Shown here: piece after piece, positions 1 to 8,536 of the stretch | Layout: every line of letters starts with the position of its first letter | Numbering within the stretch: position 1 is the stretch's first letter | IMG/VR virus record: IMGVR_UViG_3300037045_000044 | Coordinates: 1-28,151 of that record | From: a virus | Lineage: Duplodnaviria; Caudoviricetes | Reading direction: 5' to 3' (one strand) | Length of the DNA: 28,151 nt | Position numbers and translations under genes: made by a program | Notes under the pieces: model-generated | Seen by the model: only the letters and a program-made list of their open reading frames with translations | Databases searched by the model: none | Told to the model about the DNA's origin: nothing

Positions 1-244
1 GGCCCCGCCCGAGTTATGAACGGCTCGACAGCCTTATGACTGCCCGGTTGAGTGGCTCGTCAGCGGTGTACTTGCGTAACTGTCTCAGTCACAGCGGTTT
101 CAGGCAGTGGTCCAGCGGGTGGCGGGGCTGGCATGTGGACCGGTCATCAGAAGTGTCGGTGGCACCCATATAGTCTGTTCCCATGACACCGACCCGGGAT
201 GCCACGAGGGCCCTGAGTATGGGGTGTCAGAGAAGGAGAACCTC

Positions 245-439
245 ATGGATCCGACAGCATTGGGTGAGCTGCCCACCACACCACGTGAACTTCAGGCCCA
301 GAACGAGGTGATGAAGCGGCTGGTGGCGGAGAACCCCGAGCCGGTGACCCCCGAGCTGATGAGCGACGAGGACTTCCGGAAGGCCATGAACGACCTGATG
401 GACTTCCTGTCCGGTGCGGGCGCCGAGGTGGTCGAGTGA
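245..439 (+). CDS. hypothetical protein (64 aa)
   Basis: ATG at 245 after SD-like GAAGGAG; GC3-rich codons; TGA overlaps the next GTG (GTGA 436-439). Confidence 0.75.
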   Translation: MDPTALGELPTTPRELQAQNEVMKRLVAENPEPVTPELMSDEDFRKAMNDLMDFLSGAGAEVVE

Positions 440-594
440 ACCCCGGGGACGGCATCGACATCAGCCAGGAGACCGTCGACAACGTCCGTGAGCTGGTCCT
501 CGCCCTTGGCGCCGCCCTGGCGGGTTTCACCGAGGAGGACGACTTCGAGGACGACTTCGAGGACGACTTCGACGGACAGGACGGCCCCCTGTGA
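436..594 (+). CDS. small acidic hypothetical protein (52 aa, MNPGDGIDISQETVDNVRELVLALGAALAGFTEEDDFEDDFEDDFDGQDGPL)
   Basis: Translated by hand (too short for the ORF track); 4-nt GTGA overlaps with both neighbours. Confidence 0.7.
   Translation: MNPGDGIDISQETVDNVRELVLALGAALAGFTEEDDFEDDFEDDFDGQDGPL
535..570 (+). repeat. 12-bp tandem repeat GAGGACGACTTC x3 (EDDF x3)
   Basis: Perfect copies at 535, 547 and 559. Confidence 0.95.
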
Positions 595-917
595 GCCAGC
601 CTGCGCTGTTCGACGAGGACACCCTGGTCCGGGCACGGGCCCGCATCGACGGGGAGGCCACCAGTGCCGAGGGGGCCGTCAACGTCTCCAACCGGGCACC
701 GTCCCAGCGGATGGCGCTGCTGGAGGCCTTCCTGGCGCACCCGGAGGGGCTGACCGACGAGGAGGCCGCGACGGAGGCCGGTCTGCTCAAGGCCTGCTAC
801 TGGAAGCGCTGCGGTGAGCTGCGGCGTCTGGGCTACATCACACACACCGACCGGCACCGCCGGGGCGCCGCGGGCGTCTCCCGCCGCGTCAGCACGATCA
901 ACGAGGAGAACAAGTGA
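591..917 (+). CDS. winged helix-turn-helix DNA-binding protein
   Basis: GLTDEEAA...YWKRCGELRRLGYI...R.G..G..R.V pattern typical of small phage wHTH proteins. Confidence 0.7.
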   Translation: MSQPALFDEDTLVRARARIDGEATSAEGAVNVSNRAPSQRMALLEAFLAHPEGLTDEEAATEAGLLKACYWKRCGELRRLGYITHTDRHRRGAAGVSRRVSTINEENK

Positions 918-1300
918 GCAAGAGCATCACGCAGCTGGCCGAGGAGATGGCCGCGGTCAACAAGGCCAACGGGTGGTGGGACCGCTACGACGCCACCGAG
1001 ACCGACCCCGATGGGCGTGTGGACCACATGGTCGCCAAGCTGGGCCTCATCACCACCGAGGTGGCTGAGGCCATCGAGGAGGTCCGCGACTACGGTGTCA
1101 ACGCCGTCGAGTCGTTCGCCAACTCGGTGGCGGGGGTCGGCCACAAGCCGGTGGGCCTGACCAGTGAGATCGCAGACGTGATCATCCGGGCCATCGACTT
1201 CTGCTCGATGGTGGGCATCACGGACCTGGCCGAGGTCATCGAGGCGAAGGTCGCCTACAACGCCACGCGCGGTGTACTGCACGGAGGCAAGCATGTCTGA
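914..1300 (+). CDS. MazG-like NTP pyrophosphohydrolase
   Basis: LITTEVAEAIEEVR and SEIADVIIRAID give the ExxE...ExxD metal-binding motifs of the MazG fold; C-terminal K..YN..R...HGGK. Confidence 0.88.
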   Translation: MSKSITQLAEEMAAVNKANGWWDRYDATETDPDGRVDHMVAKLGLITTEVAEAIEEVRDYGVNAVESFANSVAGVGHKPVGLTSEIADVIIRAIDFCSMVGITDLAEVIEAKVAYNATRGVLHGGKHV

Positions 1301-1571
1301 GCCCGCAGTCCTCTACTTCTCGGCGCCCTGGTGCCAGCCCTGCAAGATCTACCTGCCCCTCGTCTCCAAGGAGGCGGAGACCGCTGGTGTGGAGCTGGAG
1401 GTGCTCAACGTCGACTCGGAGGAGGGCGGCGCCCTGGCCGCACTGCACATGGTGCAGCAGGTCCCCACGCTGACCTTCATCGACGCCGACGGGAACGGGA
1501 CGAGCTACGCGGGCCCACGCCCACGCTCCGCGGTCCGGCAGCTCTTCGCTGACTGGAAGGAGGGGCTCTGA
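1293..1571 (+). CDS. thioredoxin
   Basis: FSAPWCQPC active site and cis-Pro VPT motif; ATG at 1293 after GGAGG. Confidence 0.9.
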   Translation: MSEPAVLYFSAPWCQPCKIYLPLVSKEAETAGVELEVLNVDSEEGGALAALHMVQQVPTLTFIDADGNGTSYAGPRPRSAVRQLFADWKEGL

Positions 1572-2038
1572 TGGCCGCGGATGTCGGTTGGTTCCGGACG
1601 GGGTCCTTTTCTAGGGCGCACTACCGCGAAAGCACCGGGTACTCACTCTGCGGCAGGTACCTGGGCTACGGCGCCAGCACGCGCCTGATCCTGGCGGAGT
1701 CCCAGTGCGGCAACTGCACCCGAATCCTTGCGACGAAGAAGGACCTCGCGGAGATCGCCGCGGAGGCCCTGATTCCGGAGAACCCCCTGGTCGAGGTTGC
1801 TGAGAGCACCCAGTCGGTGGACATGGTCAACCACCCGCCGCACTACAACCAGCACCCGAAGGGGATCGAGTGCATCGACGTGATCGAGGACAACCCCTTC
1901 CTGAACCTGGGCAACGCGATGCGCTACCTGTGGCGGGTCTCGTGGGGCGGCAAGTGGGACTCGAAGGAGGACCTCAAGAAGGCCGTCTGGTTCATCGAGC
2001 GGGAGATCTCGCGGCGTGAGAAGCGGGGGATCGAGTGA
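1571..2038 (+). CDS. DUF3310 family protein (T7 gp1.7-like nucleotide kinase domain) with N-terminal Zn-finger-like segment
   Basis: DMVNHPPHY...IECIDVIE...GNAMRYLWR...EDLKKAVWFIERE; N-terminal H..SLCG...CGNC. Confidence 0.85.
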   Translation: MAADVGWFRTGSFSRAHYRESTGYSLCGRYLGYGASTRLILAESQCGNCTRILATKKDLAEIAAEALIPENPLVEVAESTQSVDMVNHPPHYNQHPKGIECIDVIEDNPFLNLGNAMRYLWRVSWGGKWDSKEDLKKAVWFIEREISRREKRGIE

Positions 2039-2655
2039 CCGCCGTCATGGAGTCCCCTGGGGCACCCGTCATCGAACGCGTCAGGCGCACCTCCTCGCGG
2101 AAGTCGGTGGTCGACCCCGCCGAACGCATCGCTCAGATCGAGGACCTGCTGGAGTCGGCCATCTACCGCGAGGACGTCGCGGACGGCGTCGGGCTCACCT
2201 GGTCCGGTCTCAAGACCTGGCTCTACCGGCAGCACCAGGGGGCGCTCGGTATGCGGGTGGGCACCCTGCCCCTGCGTGAGCGGACGCCCACGACGGAGAA
2301 GCCGTGCAAGAACTGCGGCCAGACGATGTCCAGGCGTGAGGGGGAGAGCACCAACAACTGGAGCCTGCGGAGCACCTGCGGAAGGTCATGCCATGTGGCG
2401 CTCGTGGCCCGGCGCAGGGCACCCGAGAACCTGGCCCGGCGCAGGGCACCCGAGAACCTGGCCGTCCGTGCCACCAACCGGGTCCAGCTGACGGGTGACG
2501 TCAGCCCCGGGGTCCACATCCTGCACCACGCCTCGGGCGGGGCGACCGTCACATGCTCCCGCTGCCGGTACGGCTTCCCGAAGCCGAGCGCCAAGGCTGC
2601 CAGGAAGGCCAAGGCACTCCACGAGCGCGTCGACTGCCTGAGGTGGATCTCATGA
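2035..2655 (+). CDS. hypothetical protein with Cys-rich Zn-binding motifs
   Basis: CKNCG, TCGRSC and CSRC...H...C; coupled overlaps at both ends. Confidence 0.7.
   Translation: MTAVMESPGAPVIERVRRTSSRKSVVDPAERIAQIEDLLESAIYREDVADGVGLTWSGLKTWLYRQHQGALGMRVGTLPLRERTPTTEKPCKNCGQTMSRREGESTNNWSLRSTCGRSCHVALVARRRAPENLARRRAPENLAVRATNRVQLTGDVSPGVHILHHASGGATVTCSRCRYGFPKPSAKAARKAKALHERVDCLRWIS
2405..2463 (+). repeat. 27-bp perfect tandem duplication (ARRRAPENL x2)
   Basis: TGGCCCGGCGCAGGGCACCCGAGAACC at 2405 and 2432, then a partial TGGCC. Confidence 0.95.
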
Positions 2656-2891
2656 GCACCTTTCCCCAAGGACCCTGGGTAGAGGCGAACGACTACGTCT
2701 TCGAGATCACCTACGTGGCCGCCCGCATCGGGGAGGACCCTTCGTCCGAGAAGAAGCCCCTCACCGTCATAGCGTCGACGCGCTGGGAGGCCATAGAGAA
2801 AGCCCGCCTGGTGCTGGGCTCTCCGGCCAGCGGTTTCCAGTGGTGCCTTGAGATCACCAAGATCCAAGACATTCGATCCCTGATCCGTTGA
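2652..2891 (+). CDS. hypothetical protein (79 aa)
   Basis: ATGA overlap at 2652; MSTFPQGPW... Confidence 0.7.
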   Translation: MSTFPQGPWVEANDYVFEITYVAARIGEDPSSEKKPLTVIASTRWEAIEKARLVLGSPASGFQWCLEITKIQDIRSLIR

Positions 2892-2935
2892 CCAAGGCCC
2901 GTCACCGACCCCATCACATTCTGAAAGGACAAACC

Positions 2936-3472
2936 ATGATCGAAACGATCACCTACGACACCGACAACCTCGGCTGCGTCATGTTGGGCTGTGAGCCGCT
3001 GACCAAGGTCGACGAGGTCATCCCGAAGTCCCTGTGGTTCAGCAACGACAAGGTGAACGGGCGGGAGACTGAACCGCACATCACCCTCCTCTACGGGCTT
3101 CTCACCCCGGCGTACCTCCAAGAGGAGAAAGTGAACAACGCCCTCAAGGAGTGGCGCGAGCCGGAAGAGGTGACGCTCCGTGGGTTCGACTTCTTCCCCG
3201 GATCCGAGTACGACGTGCTCATCGCCAGGGTCTACGGGTACACCGTCACGTCGGTGGAGAAGGCGCACGGGCTGCTCTCTGCTCTCCCGCACATCAACAC
3301 GTTCCACCCGTACCGACCGCACCTGACCCTCGGGTACGTTCCGTCCGGCGCGGGGCCTCTGCTCTGCCGCGAGTTGGACAGGGAACTCGGCGGGGGCACC
3401 TTCCGCCGCACTGTGACCGGCCTCAACCTGGGCCGGGATCTCCGTCTCGACACCGCCCCGACCAACTCCTGA
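2936..3472 (+). CDS. 2H phosphoesterase (2'-5' RNA ligase-like / Acb1-gp57B-like)
   Basis: Two HxT motifs, EPHITLLYG and YRPHLTLGY; ATG at 2936 after GAAAGGA. Confidence 0.85.
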   Translation: MIETITYDTDNLGCVMLGCEPLTKVDEVIPKSLWFSNDKVNGRETEPHITLLYGLLTPAYLQEEKVNNALKEWREPEEVTLRGFDFFPGSEYDVLIARVYGYTVTSVEKAHGLLSALPHINTFHPYRPHLTLGYVPSGAGPLLCRELDRELGGGTFRRTVTGLNLGRDLRLDTAPTNS

Positions 3473-3482
3473 AAGGAAGCTC

Positions 3483-3872
3483 ATGCCCAACAACACCGTC
3501 CTCCCCGACGAGACGTTCAACCTGGCCGACTGGTGGGAGGTGCTCCCCGGGGACGAGATGCCCGCTGGCCACTTCGCACGCGTGAGCCGGGCCACCGGCG
3601 AGTGGGTGGTCGTCCGCAGCGCCGCGCCGTTCATGGTCCCTTCCGCAACGTTTGGTGAGCAGTACTTCGCCAAGAACCCCATCCTCCCCACCGAGCTGGG
3701 CTCCAAGATCTACAACATCAAGGTGAACTCGAACGACTACGACTACGTCTACGAGGAGGGGTACCTCTACACGGAGGGCAGCAGGTGGTTGCTGATGCGT
3801 CGCGGCGGGTACGACAACGTCCTCGCCAGTGCGTTGGTCTCCTGGTCCCTCACCCCTGTGGTGCCCCAGTGA
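3483..3872 (+). CDS. hypothetical protein (probable paralog of 5034-5450)
   Basis: SD GAAAGGA; W.EV..G...PAG motif shared with 5034-5450. Confidence 0.75.
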   Translation: MPNNTVLPDETFNLADWWEVLPGDEMPAGHFARVSRATGEWVVVRSAAPFMVPSATFGEQYFAKNPILPTELGSKIYNIKVNSNDYDYVYEEGYLYTEGSRWLLMRRGGYDNVLASALVSWSLTPVVPQ

Positions 3873-4171
3873 GTCGCCTGACCCAGGAGGTCCGCGACGA
3901 GCTGCGGGAGCTGGCTGACCCAGGATGGATCAGCGACGCTGAGATGATCGCCCTCCTGGACGACTCCGACGAGGTCGACCAGCTGCGGGAACAGGTCCGG
4001 GAGACCGCGGCCACCAACAGGTGGTTCGACCTCATGACCGCCATGGTCGAGATGGTCGACGCTGAGCTGGAAAAGCGGGGCCTCGGGATCGACATCATGT
4101 GGGGGGTCTCCAACGGCAAGCCGTCAGCCACCTGCGAGATCTCAGAGCGTCTGGAGGACCCCCATGGATAA
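3869..4171 (+). CDS. hypothetical protein (100 aa)
   Basis: GTGA overlap at 3869; GC3-rich codons. Confidence 0.7.
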   Translation: MSRLTQEVRDELRELADPGWISDAEMIALLDDSDEVDQLREQVRETAATNRWFDLMTAMVEMVDAELEKRGLGIDIMWGVSNGKPSATCEISERLEDPHG

Positions 4172-4544
4172 CGACCTCCTCAAGCTCGCTGAGGGGGAGA
4201 AGTCGCACTGGCACTCCCTCATACGCCTCTCCCGGGAGCGTCTACTCGCCCTCCCGGCCGACAAGAGACAAGGCACCCCAGAGATGGAGATGTTCTGTCT
4301 CCTGTCGGAGGTTCTGGACCAGGTGAAGAAGGTGGGCACCGAGCGCACCTACGTCAGGGCCACCCTCTTCAAGCCATCGGGGAAGTACTACACCGAGGAG
4401 GACTGGAAGATCCCGGAGGATGCCATCGGGCCCTACGACATGGAGCGCAGTCCTGACTTCCGGAGGATCGGCGGGGGAGCGGTGCTCATCGAGTCGCAGG
4501 AGCCCTGGGGCTTCCCGCATCTCTTCCCCGGGGTGCCGGAATGA
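4164..4544 (+). CDS. hypothetical protein (126 aa)
   Basis: SD GGAGG; C-terminal FKPSGKYYTEE...PWGFPHL segment typical of small actinophage proteins. Confidence 0.75.
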   Translation: MDNDLLKLAEGEKSHWHSLIRLSRERLLALPADKRQGTPEMEMFCLLSEVLDQVKKVGTERTYVRATLFKPSGKYYTEEDWKIPEDAIGPYDMERSPDFRRIGGGAVLIESQEPWGFPHLFPGVPE

Positions 4545-4786
4545 CGTGCCCGGATTGTGGGTACCTCCCGGACACTCCCAACCACGAGATCGGCTGTGCG
4601 AGGGGCCGGGACGAGTACCTCTTGTCCCGTGACCCCGTCAAGCAGAAGGCCTACTACGACTACGCAATGCAAGTGGCCGCGGAGATGCTGCGGCAAGGAA
4701 AAGAAGATCGGAGAAAGTCAATGTTCAAGCACTCTCGCAGGGCGTTTTTCGCGGCCCTGTTCACCAAGAAGGGACCCCGCCGATGA
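4541..4786 (+). CDS. hypothetical protein with CPDC...H..C motif
   Basis: ATGA overlaps on both sides. Confidence 0.7.
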   Translation: MTCPDCGYLPDTPNHEIGCARGRDEYLLSRDPVKQKAYYDYAMQVAAEMLRQGKEDRRKSMFKHSRRAFFAALFTKKGPRR

Positions 4787-5037
4787 GCCCGTCCGTTACC
4801 TACCGGGGCACCAACTTCCTGGGTCTGCTGACCATCATCTTCGTCCTCCTCCGGGCCTTCGAGATCATCACCTGGTCCTGGTGGTGGGTCTTCGCGCCCA
4901 TCTGGGGCCCTGTCCTCCTGGTGGGGCTCCTGCTCCTCGGCGCCCTGATCCTCGACTGGTTCGACAACCGGAAGAAGGAGAAGGAGAGGGAAGCCGCGCG
5001 AGAGCGTCGTGGCCTGAAGAAGGGGCCCCGCGGATGA
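4783..5037 (+). CDS. small membrane protein
   Basis: Two hydrophobic helices with the WSWWWVFAPIW motif common in phage membrane proteins; basic tail. Confidence 0.8.
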   Translation: MSPSVTYRGTNFLGLLTIIFVLLRAFEIITWSWWWVFAPIWGPVLLVGLLLLGALILDWFDNRKKEKEREAARERRGLKKGPRG

Positions 5038-5450
5038 GAGACGAGACCCCGGTCCTCCCCCTGTACCCCGAGTCCTTCCCCAACTTCAGGGAATGGCACG
5101 AGGTTCCCGACGGCGCCACGATCCCCGCGGGCACGCCCTTCGTGTACCTTCACCTTCTCTCAGACGGCACGTGGGCTTTCTTCGCTTCTGAGGGGGCCCG
5201 GCAGAACATCGAGCAGGACAAGGGCTCCTCGAAGCTCCGTCGGTTCACGGAGAAGGAGCTCTCCCACCCGTTGGACGAGAACGACAAGAGCCCGCGGATC
5301 CTCTCCTTCACCACCGGCTCCCGGGTGGAGGTGATGTGGCTTTCCAAGTACGACGTGTGGATGGTCGAGAACTCCAGCCACAACAAGTACGGGAACCTGG
5401 CGAAGCTCATGGCCAACAACATGCTCGGGAAGCTGGAGTTCAAGTCATGA
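5034..5450 (+). CDS. hypothetical protein (138 aa)
   Basis: ATGA overlap at 5034; MRDETPVLPLYPESF... Confidence 0.7.
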   Translation: MRDETPVLPLYPESFPNFREWHEVPDGATIPAGTPFVYLHLLSDGTWAFFASEGARQNIEQDKGSSKLRRFTEKELSHPLDENDKSPRILSFTTGSRVEVMWLSKYDVWMVENSSHNKYGNLAKLMANNMLGKLEFKS

Positions 5451-5800
5451 AGCGACCTGATCTGACGTACTGGCTGGTCGCGATGACCGGCGTCATCATC
5501 GCGAACGTGGCGATCCTGATGGTCGTCGGGCAGCTGAGCCTCTTCTGGGGTCTGCTGGCCTGTATTCTCTGGCTCCTGGTCGGCGCCATGGCCATCCGCA
5601 GTTGGCGCAGGTACGCCAAGCAGGCCGAGGAGAACTATCTCGTCGTCGACTGGACAGCCAGACTGCTCAAGGCGTTCGATGACCCCGAGGTCATGTACGT
5701 CGAGGCCGACTTCGAGCGGACGGCTGACGGCGAGGGGGTCGCTGCGAAGGTCCGCGCTTACCCGTCCCAGGCTGATGCTGAAGAGGCCGAGGTCCAGTAG
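5447..5800 (+). CDS. membrane protein (2 TM, 117 aa)
   Basis: ATGA overlap; two N-terminal hydrophobic segments and an acidic C-terminus. Confidence 0.75.
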   Translation: MKRPDLTYWLVAMTGVIIANVAILMVVGQLSLFWGLLACILWLLVGAMAIRSWRRYAKQAEENYLVVDWTARLLKAFDDPEVMYVEADFERTADGEGVAAKVRAYPSQADAEEAEVQ

Positions 5801-5811
5801 TCTGAGAACAC

Positions 5812-5857
5812 CCAGGCGGCACGTCCCTTTCCCATGGGGGCGTGCCGTTTGGCATTC
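5812..5857 (+). terminator. hairpin, probable terminator of the accessory operon
   Basis: 16-bp stem CCAGGCGGCACGTCCC/GGGGCGTGCCGTTTGG with G-U pairs; weak U tail. Confidence 0.6.
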
Positions 5858-5987
5858 CCGGGTGTGTGGTGTCAGTACTCAAGAAGGTCGTTTCGGAACG
5901 CCCTTCGGGCGTTTGGGGAGGGGTATGTCCTGACGTCGAGTGCCTTAGTGGGGGACTCTGTCAGTAGTCTCCTGAAAGGCGCTCTCA

Positions 5988-6743
5988 GTGGCATCTACCT
6001 ACCCGACTTCTGTTGACACCTGGCTGACCACGAAGCCGCAGGCTGCGACGCCGATGAACGACACGAGCGTTGCCCACGCCACGCTGCACCAGAACGTCAA
6101 CGACGCCATCAAGGCCGTGCAGGAGACCCTCGGCGTCGCCCCAGCAGGCGCGTACAGCTCTGTAGCGGCCCGTCTGGCGGCTGCCAGCTACCAGGGGCAC
6201 AGTCACGCCATCGTGGACGTCACGGGCCTCCAGGCGGCTCTGGACGGCAAGGCAGCGGCCAGCCACACGCACACCATCGCCAACGTGACGGGTCTTCAGA
6301 CCGCGTTGGACGGGAAGGCCACCTCCAGCCACACGCACGCCGTAGCTGAGGTCACCGGCCTCCAGGCAGCGTTGGACGGGAAGGCTGCACTCGCGACCAC
6401 TGCCCCGGCAGCGCTGGGTACGGCGGCGGTGGGTACGGCGGCAACAGCGGCCCGCGCCGATCACGTCCACACCCTCCCGACGCTCGCCACGCTGGGTGCT
6501 GCTGCCTCGGTTCGCACCATCACCGCAGGCAGCGGCCTGACCGGCGGTGGGGACCTCTCCGCCAACCGGACCCTGTCTGCCAACCTGACCGCCTCGGGCG
6601 GCAACAACGGCACCGCGACCACCGTCGCGCGAGGGGACCACAACCATGACGGGGTCTACGCGAAGGTGGTCATGCAGACGCTCGGATCGGCTCTACCAAG
6701 CGCCGCGAGCTACCCGGTCGGCACCATCGTCGCGCAGTACTGA
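5988..6743 (+). CDS. tail fibre / minor tail protein with phage-tail-repeat (HxH...VTGLQxALDGKA) units
   Basis: Three 22-aa HxHxxxxVTGLQxALDGKA repeats, ARADHVH and AGSGLTGGGDLSANRTL fibre motifs. Confidence 0.85.
   Translation: MASTYPTSVDTWLTTKPQAATPMNDTSVAHATLHQNVNDAIKAVQETLGVAPAGAYSSVAARLAAASYQGHSHAIVDVTGLQAALDGKAAASHTHTIANVTGLQTALDGKATSSHTHAVAEVTGLQAALDGKAALATTAPAALGTAAVGTAATAARADHVHTLPTLATLGAAASVRTITAGSGLTGGGDLSANRTLSANLTASGGNNGTATTVARGDHNHDGVYAKVVMQTLGSALPSAASYPVGTIVAQY
6198..6386 (+). repeat. three imperfect 66-bp coding repeats (phage tail repeat-like)
   Basis: HSHAIVDVTGLQAALDGKAAAS / HTHTIANVTGLQTALDGKATSS / HTHAVAEVTGLQAALDGKA. Confidence 0.9.
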
Positions 6744-6752
6744 GGTCCCCTC

Positions 6753-8360
6753 ATGACGATGTACACCAAGAACACCTCGGACCAATGGGCTGAGACCCGC
6801 GACCTCCGCGTCCTCGACGGAGGTTCCTTCCGCCGCGTTCAGAAGGCGTGGGTACAGAACGCCGGGGCATGGAGCCAGTTCTACACCTACGATCCCACCC
6901 GCGACACGGTGGTCACCGCCTCCGCGCCCGCGTCAGTCACCAACGGCCCGGTGGCCGTCACCGGCAGCGTCAAGGATGCTCTCACCGGGGATCTCGTCTC
7001 AGATGTCCTCTCAGTCGAGCTGTACAACGGCGCCACCAAGCTCCTCACCGCGTCGACCTCGGGGGGCAACTACTCGTTCTCGTGGTCCCCGACCGCACCG
7101 GGCTCCTACACGCTCACCGTCAAGGTCGTCACGGACGGCTACTGGCTGGCATCTCAGGCGAACACCTCCGCGATCACGGTCAACACCTCCACCTCGGTCT
7201 CAGTGACGTCGTGGCCGTCGTTCGCGGTGATCGGTGAGGCGTACGTCGTGGCCGGGACCGTCACGCCGACGCTGACCGGAACCGCCCCGGGGACCGCCGC
7301 GCTTCAGGTCGACGACAGCGGCACCTGGGTCACCCTCGCCTCAGCCACGCTCGCAAGCGGTGCCTACTCCATCTCCTGGACGCCGCCCGCGGCCAGGCTA
7401 GGCGCACGCACCCTCCGGGTCCGGTACCTCGGATCTGGCAACTACCTGGCGTCTGACTCAGCGAGCGTCGCCAGGACGGTGTACCAGCCGACCCCGGCGG
7501 TGCCCGCCCAGACCGTGACGGCACTGAGCCACACGTCGGTGACCCTCTCGATCACCGATCAGGCCAACATCAGCCACTTCGTGGTGAAATGCACAGAGAC
7601 CGGGAACACCCTCACCACGACCTCGACAGGTACGGCAGGGGCAGCGGTCACCCAGACGTGGGGTCTCAGCGCGAACAGCACGTACAACTTCACCGTCACC
7701 GCCCACTCGAACCACCCGACCACCCCGACGCGAACCGGCAACACCATCACGGTCACCACAGGCCGCCCGGCGCAGACCGACGTGGGTAGTGCTGCCTTCA
7801 CGTTCAACGCCTCTAGCACCGGCTCATGGCGCTCCGCCGACGGCTGGGACTACCTCGGCACTCGTCTGGCGCAGGGCTACTACACGGCCTCCTACGGTGC
7901 GTACACCGGGGTGGCGGGCTTCGACAAGGCCGCCATGCGGTCGGCGGTCGACGCCTACGGCACTGACCGCTCTGGCCGCTACGCGCACGCCACCTGCACC
8001 AAGTTCGAGGCCTACGCGGTACGCGAGTCGGGCGGTACCAGCGCCGCCCAGGCGATTGGTTGGTACGTCTCTCCGGTGGCCCCAGGCTCCGGCACCACCG
8101 CCCCGGAGAAGCTCAGCGGCACCACCAGCTCCCCATCCGGTCTCGCCGTCGGCTCCTCGGGGTGGATGACGCTGGCCGACGCGCGCTACGGGGATTGGCT
8201 ACTGAGCCCGACCAACACGTCGCGCTCGGTGGCCATGTACGACAGCGGATCCGCACGCTACTCGATCTACTCCGGCGGCACGAACTTCAAGATCCGCGCC
8301 ACGTACTCCTGGGACTGGACCCCGGTCACCTATGTGGCCCCGACATGGAAGAGCAGCTGA
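6753..8360 (+). CDS. minor tail / adhesion protein with Ig-like and FN3-like domains
   Basis: Thr/Ser-rich beta protein; two Big-3-like repeats ending Y.GSGNYLAS; FN3-like GLSANSTYNFTVTA; C-terminal siphovirus-tail-like domain with QGYY...YTG. Confidence 0.8.
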   Translation: MTMYTKNTSDQWAETRDLRVLDGGSFRRVQKAWVQNAGAWSQFYTYDPTRDTVVTASAPASVTNGPVAVTGSVKDALTGDLVSDVLSVELYNGATKLLTASTSGGNYSFSWSPTAPGSYTLTVKVVTDGYWLASQANTSAITVNTSTSVSVTSWPSFAVIGEAYVVAGTVTPTLTGTAPGTAALQVDDSGTWVTLASATLASGAYSISWTPPAARLGARTLRVRYLGSGNYLASDSASVARTVYQPTPAVPAQTVTALSHTSVTLSITDQANISHFVVKCTETGNTLTTTSTGTAGAAVTQTWGLSANSTYNFTVTAHSNHPTTPTRTGNTITVTTGRPAQTDVGSAAFTFNASSTGSWRSADGWDYLGTRLAQGYYTASYGAYTGVAGFDKAAMRSAVDAYGTDRSGRYAHATCTKFEAYAVRESGGTSAAQAIGWYVSPVAPGSGTTAPEKLSGTTSSPSGLAVGSSGWMTLADARYGDWLLSPTNTSRSVAMYDSGSARYSIYSGGTNFKIRATYSWDWTPVTYVAPTWKSS

Positions 8361-8524
8361 TGAACATCTCAGAACAGTTTCTCCGGTACCCCTTCGGCGC
8401 GCCCGAATCGAGGGAGCCGCAGCCTCTTCCCCAGACAGAGGAAGAAATCCACGAGACCCTTGACTACGGGGCCATCGAGAAGGACGTCTTCCTCCTCAAA
8501 GCATTCCTCCTCAACAACGACTGA
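8360..8524 (+). CDS. hypothetical protein (54 aa)
   Basis: TGATG overlap with the previous stop. Confidence 0.6.
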   Translation: MNISEQFLRYPFGAPESREPQPLPQTEEEIHETLDYGAIEKDVFLLKAFLLNND

Positions 8525-8536
8525 AAGACGAGTTCG

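Noticed and set aside
1-244. Coding sequence or tRNA at the window start
   Set aside because: No convincing ORF or cloverleaf; only a promoter-like site (154-176) and a TGACACC/GGTGTCA hairpin. No tRNA was recognised anywhere in the window
535-2463. Short direct repeats as a CRISPR array
   Set aside because: Tandem in-frame coding repeats without spacers; no cas genes
4557-5033. 5' extension of the 297-aa ORF in the track
   Set aside because: It overlaps two better coupled genes; the credible start is the ATGA-coupled ATG at 5034
5988-8360. Diversity-generating retroelement target or invertible tail-fibre segment
   Set aside because: No reverse transcriptase, invertase, template/variable repeat pair or flanking inverted repeats seen in the window
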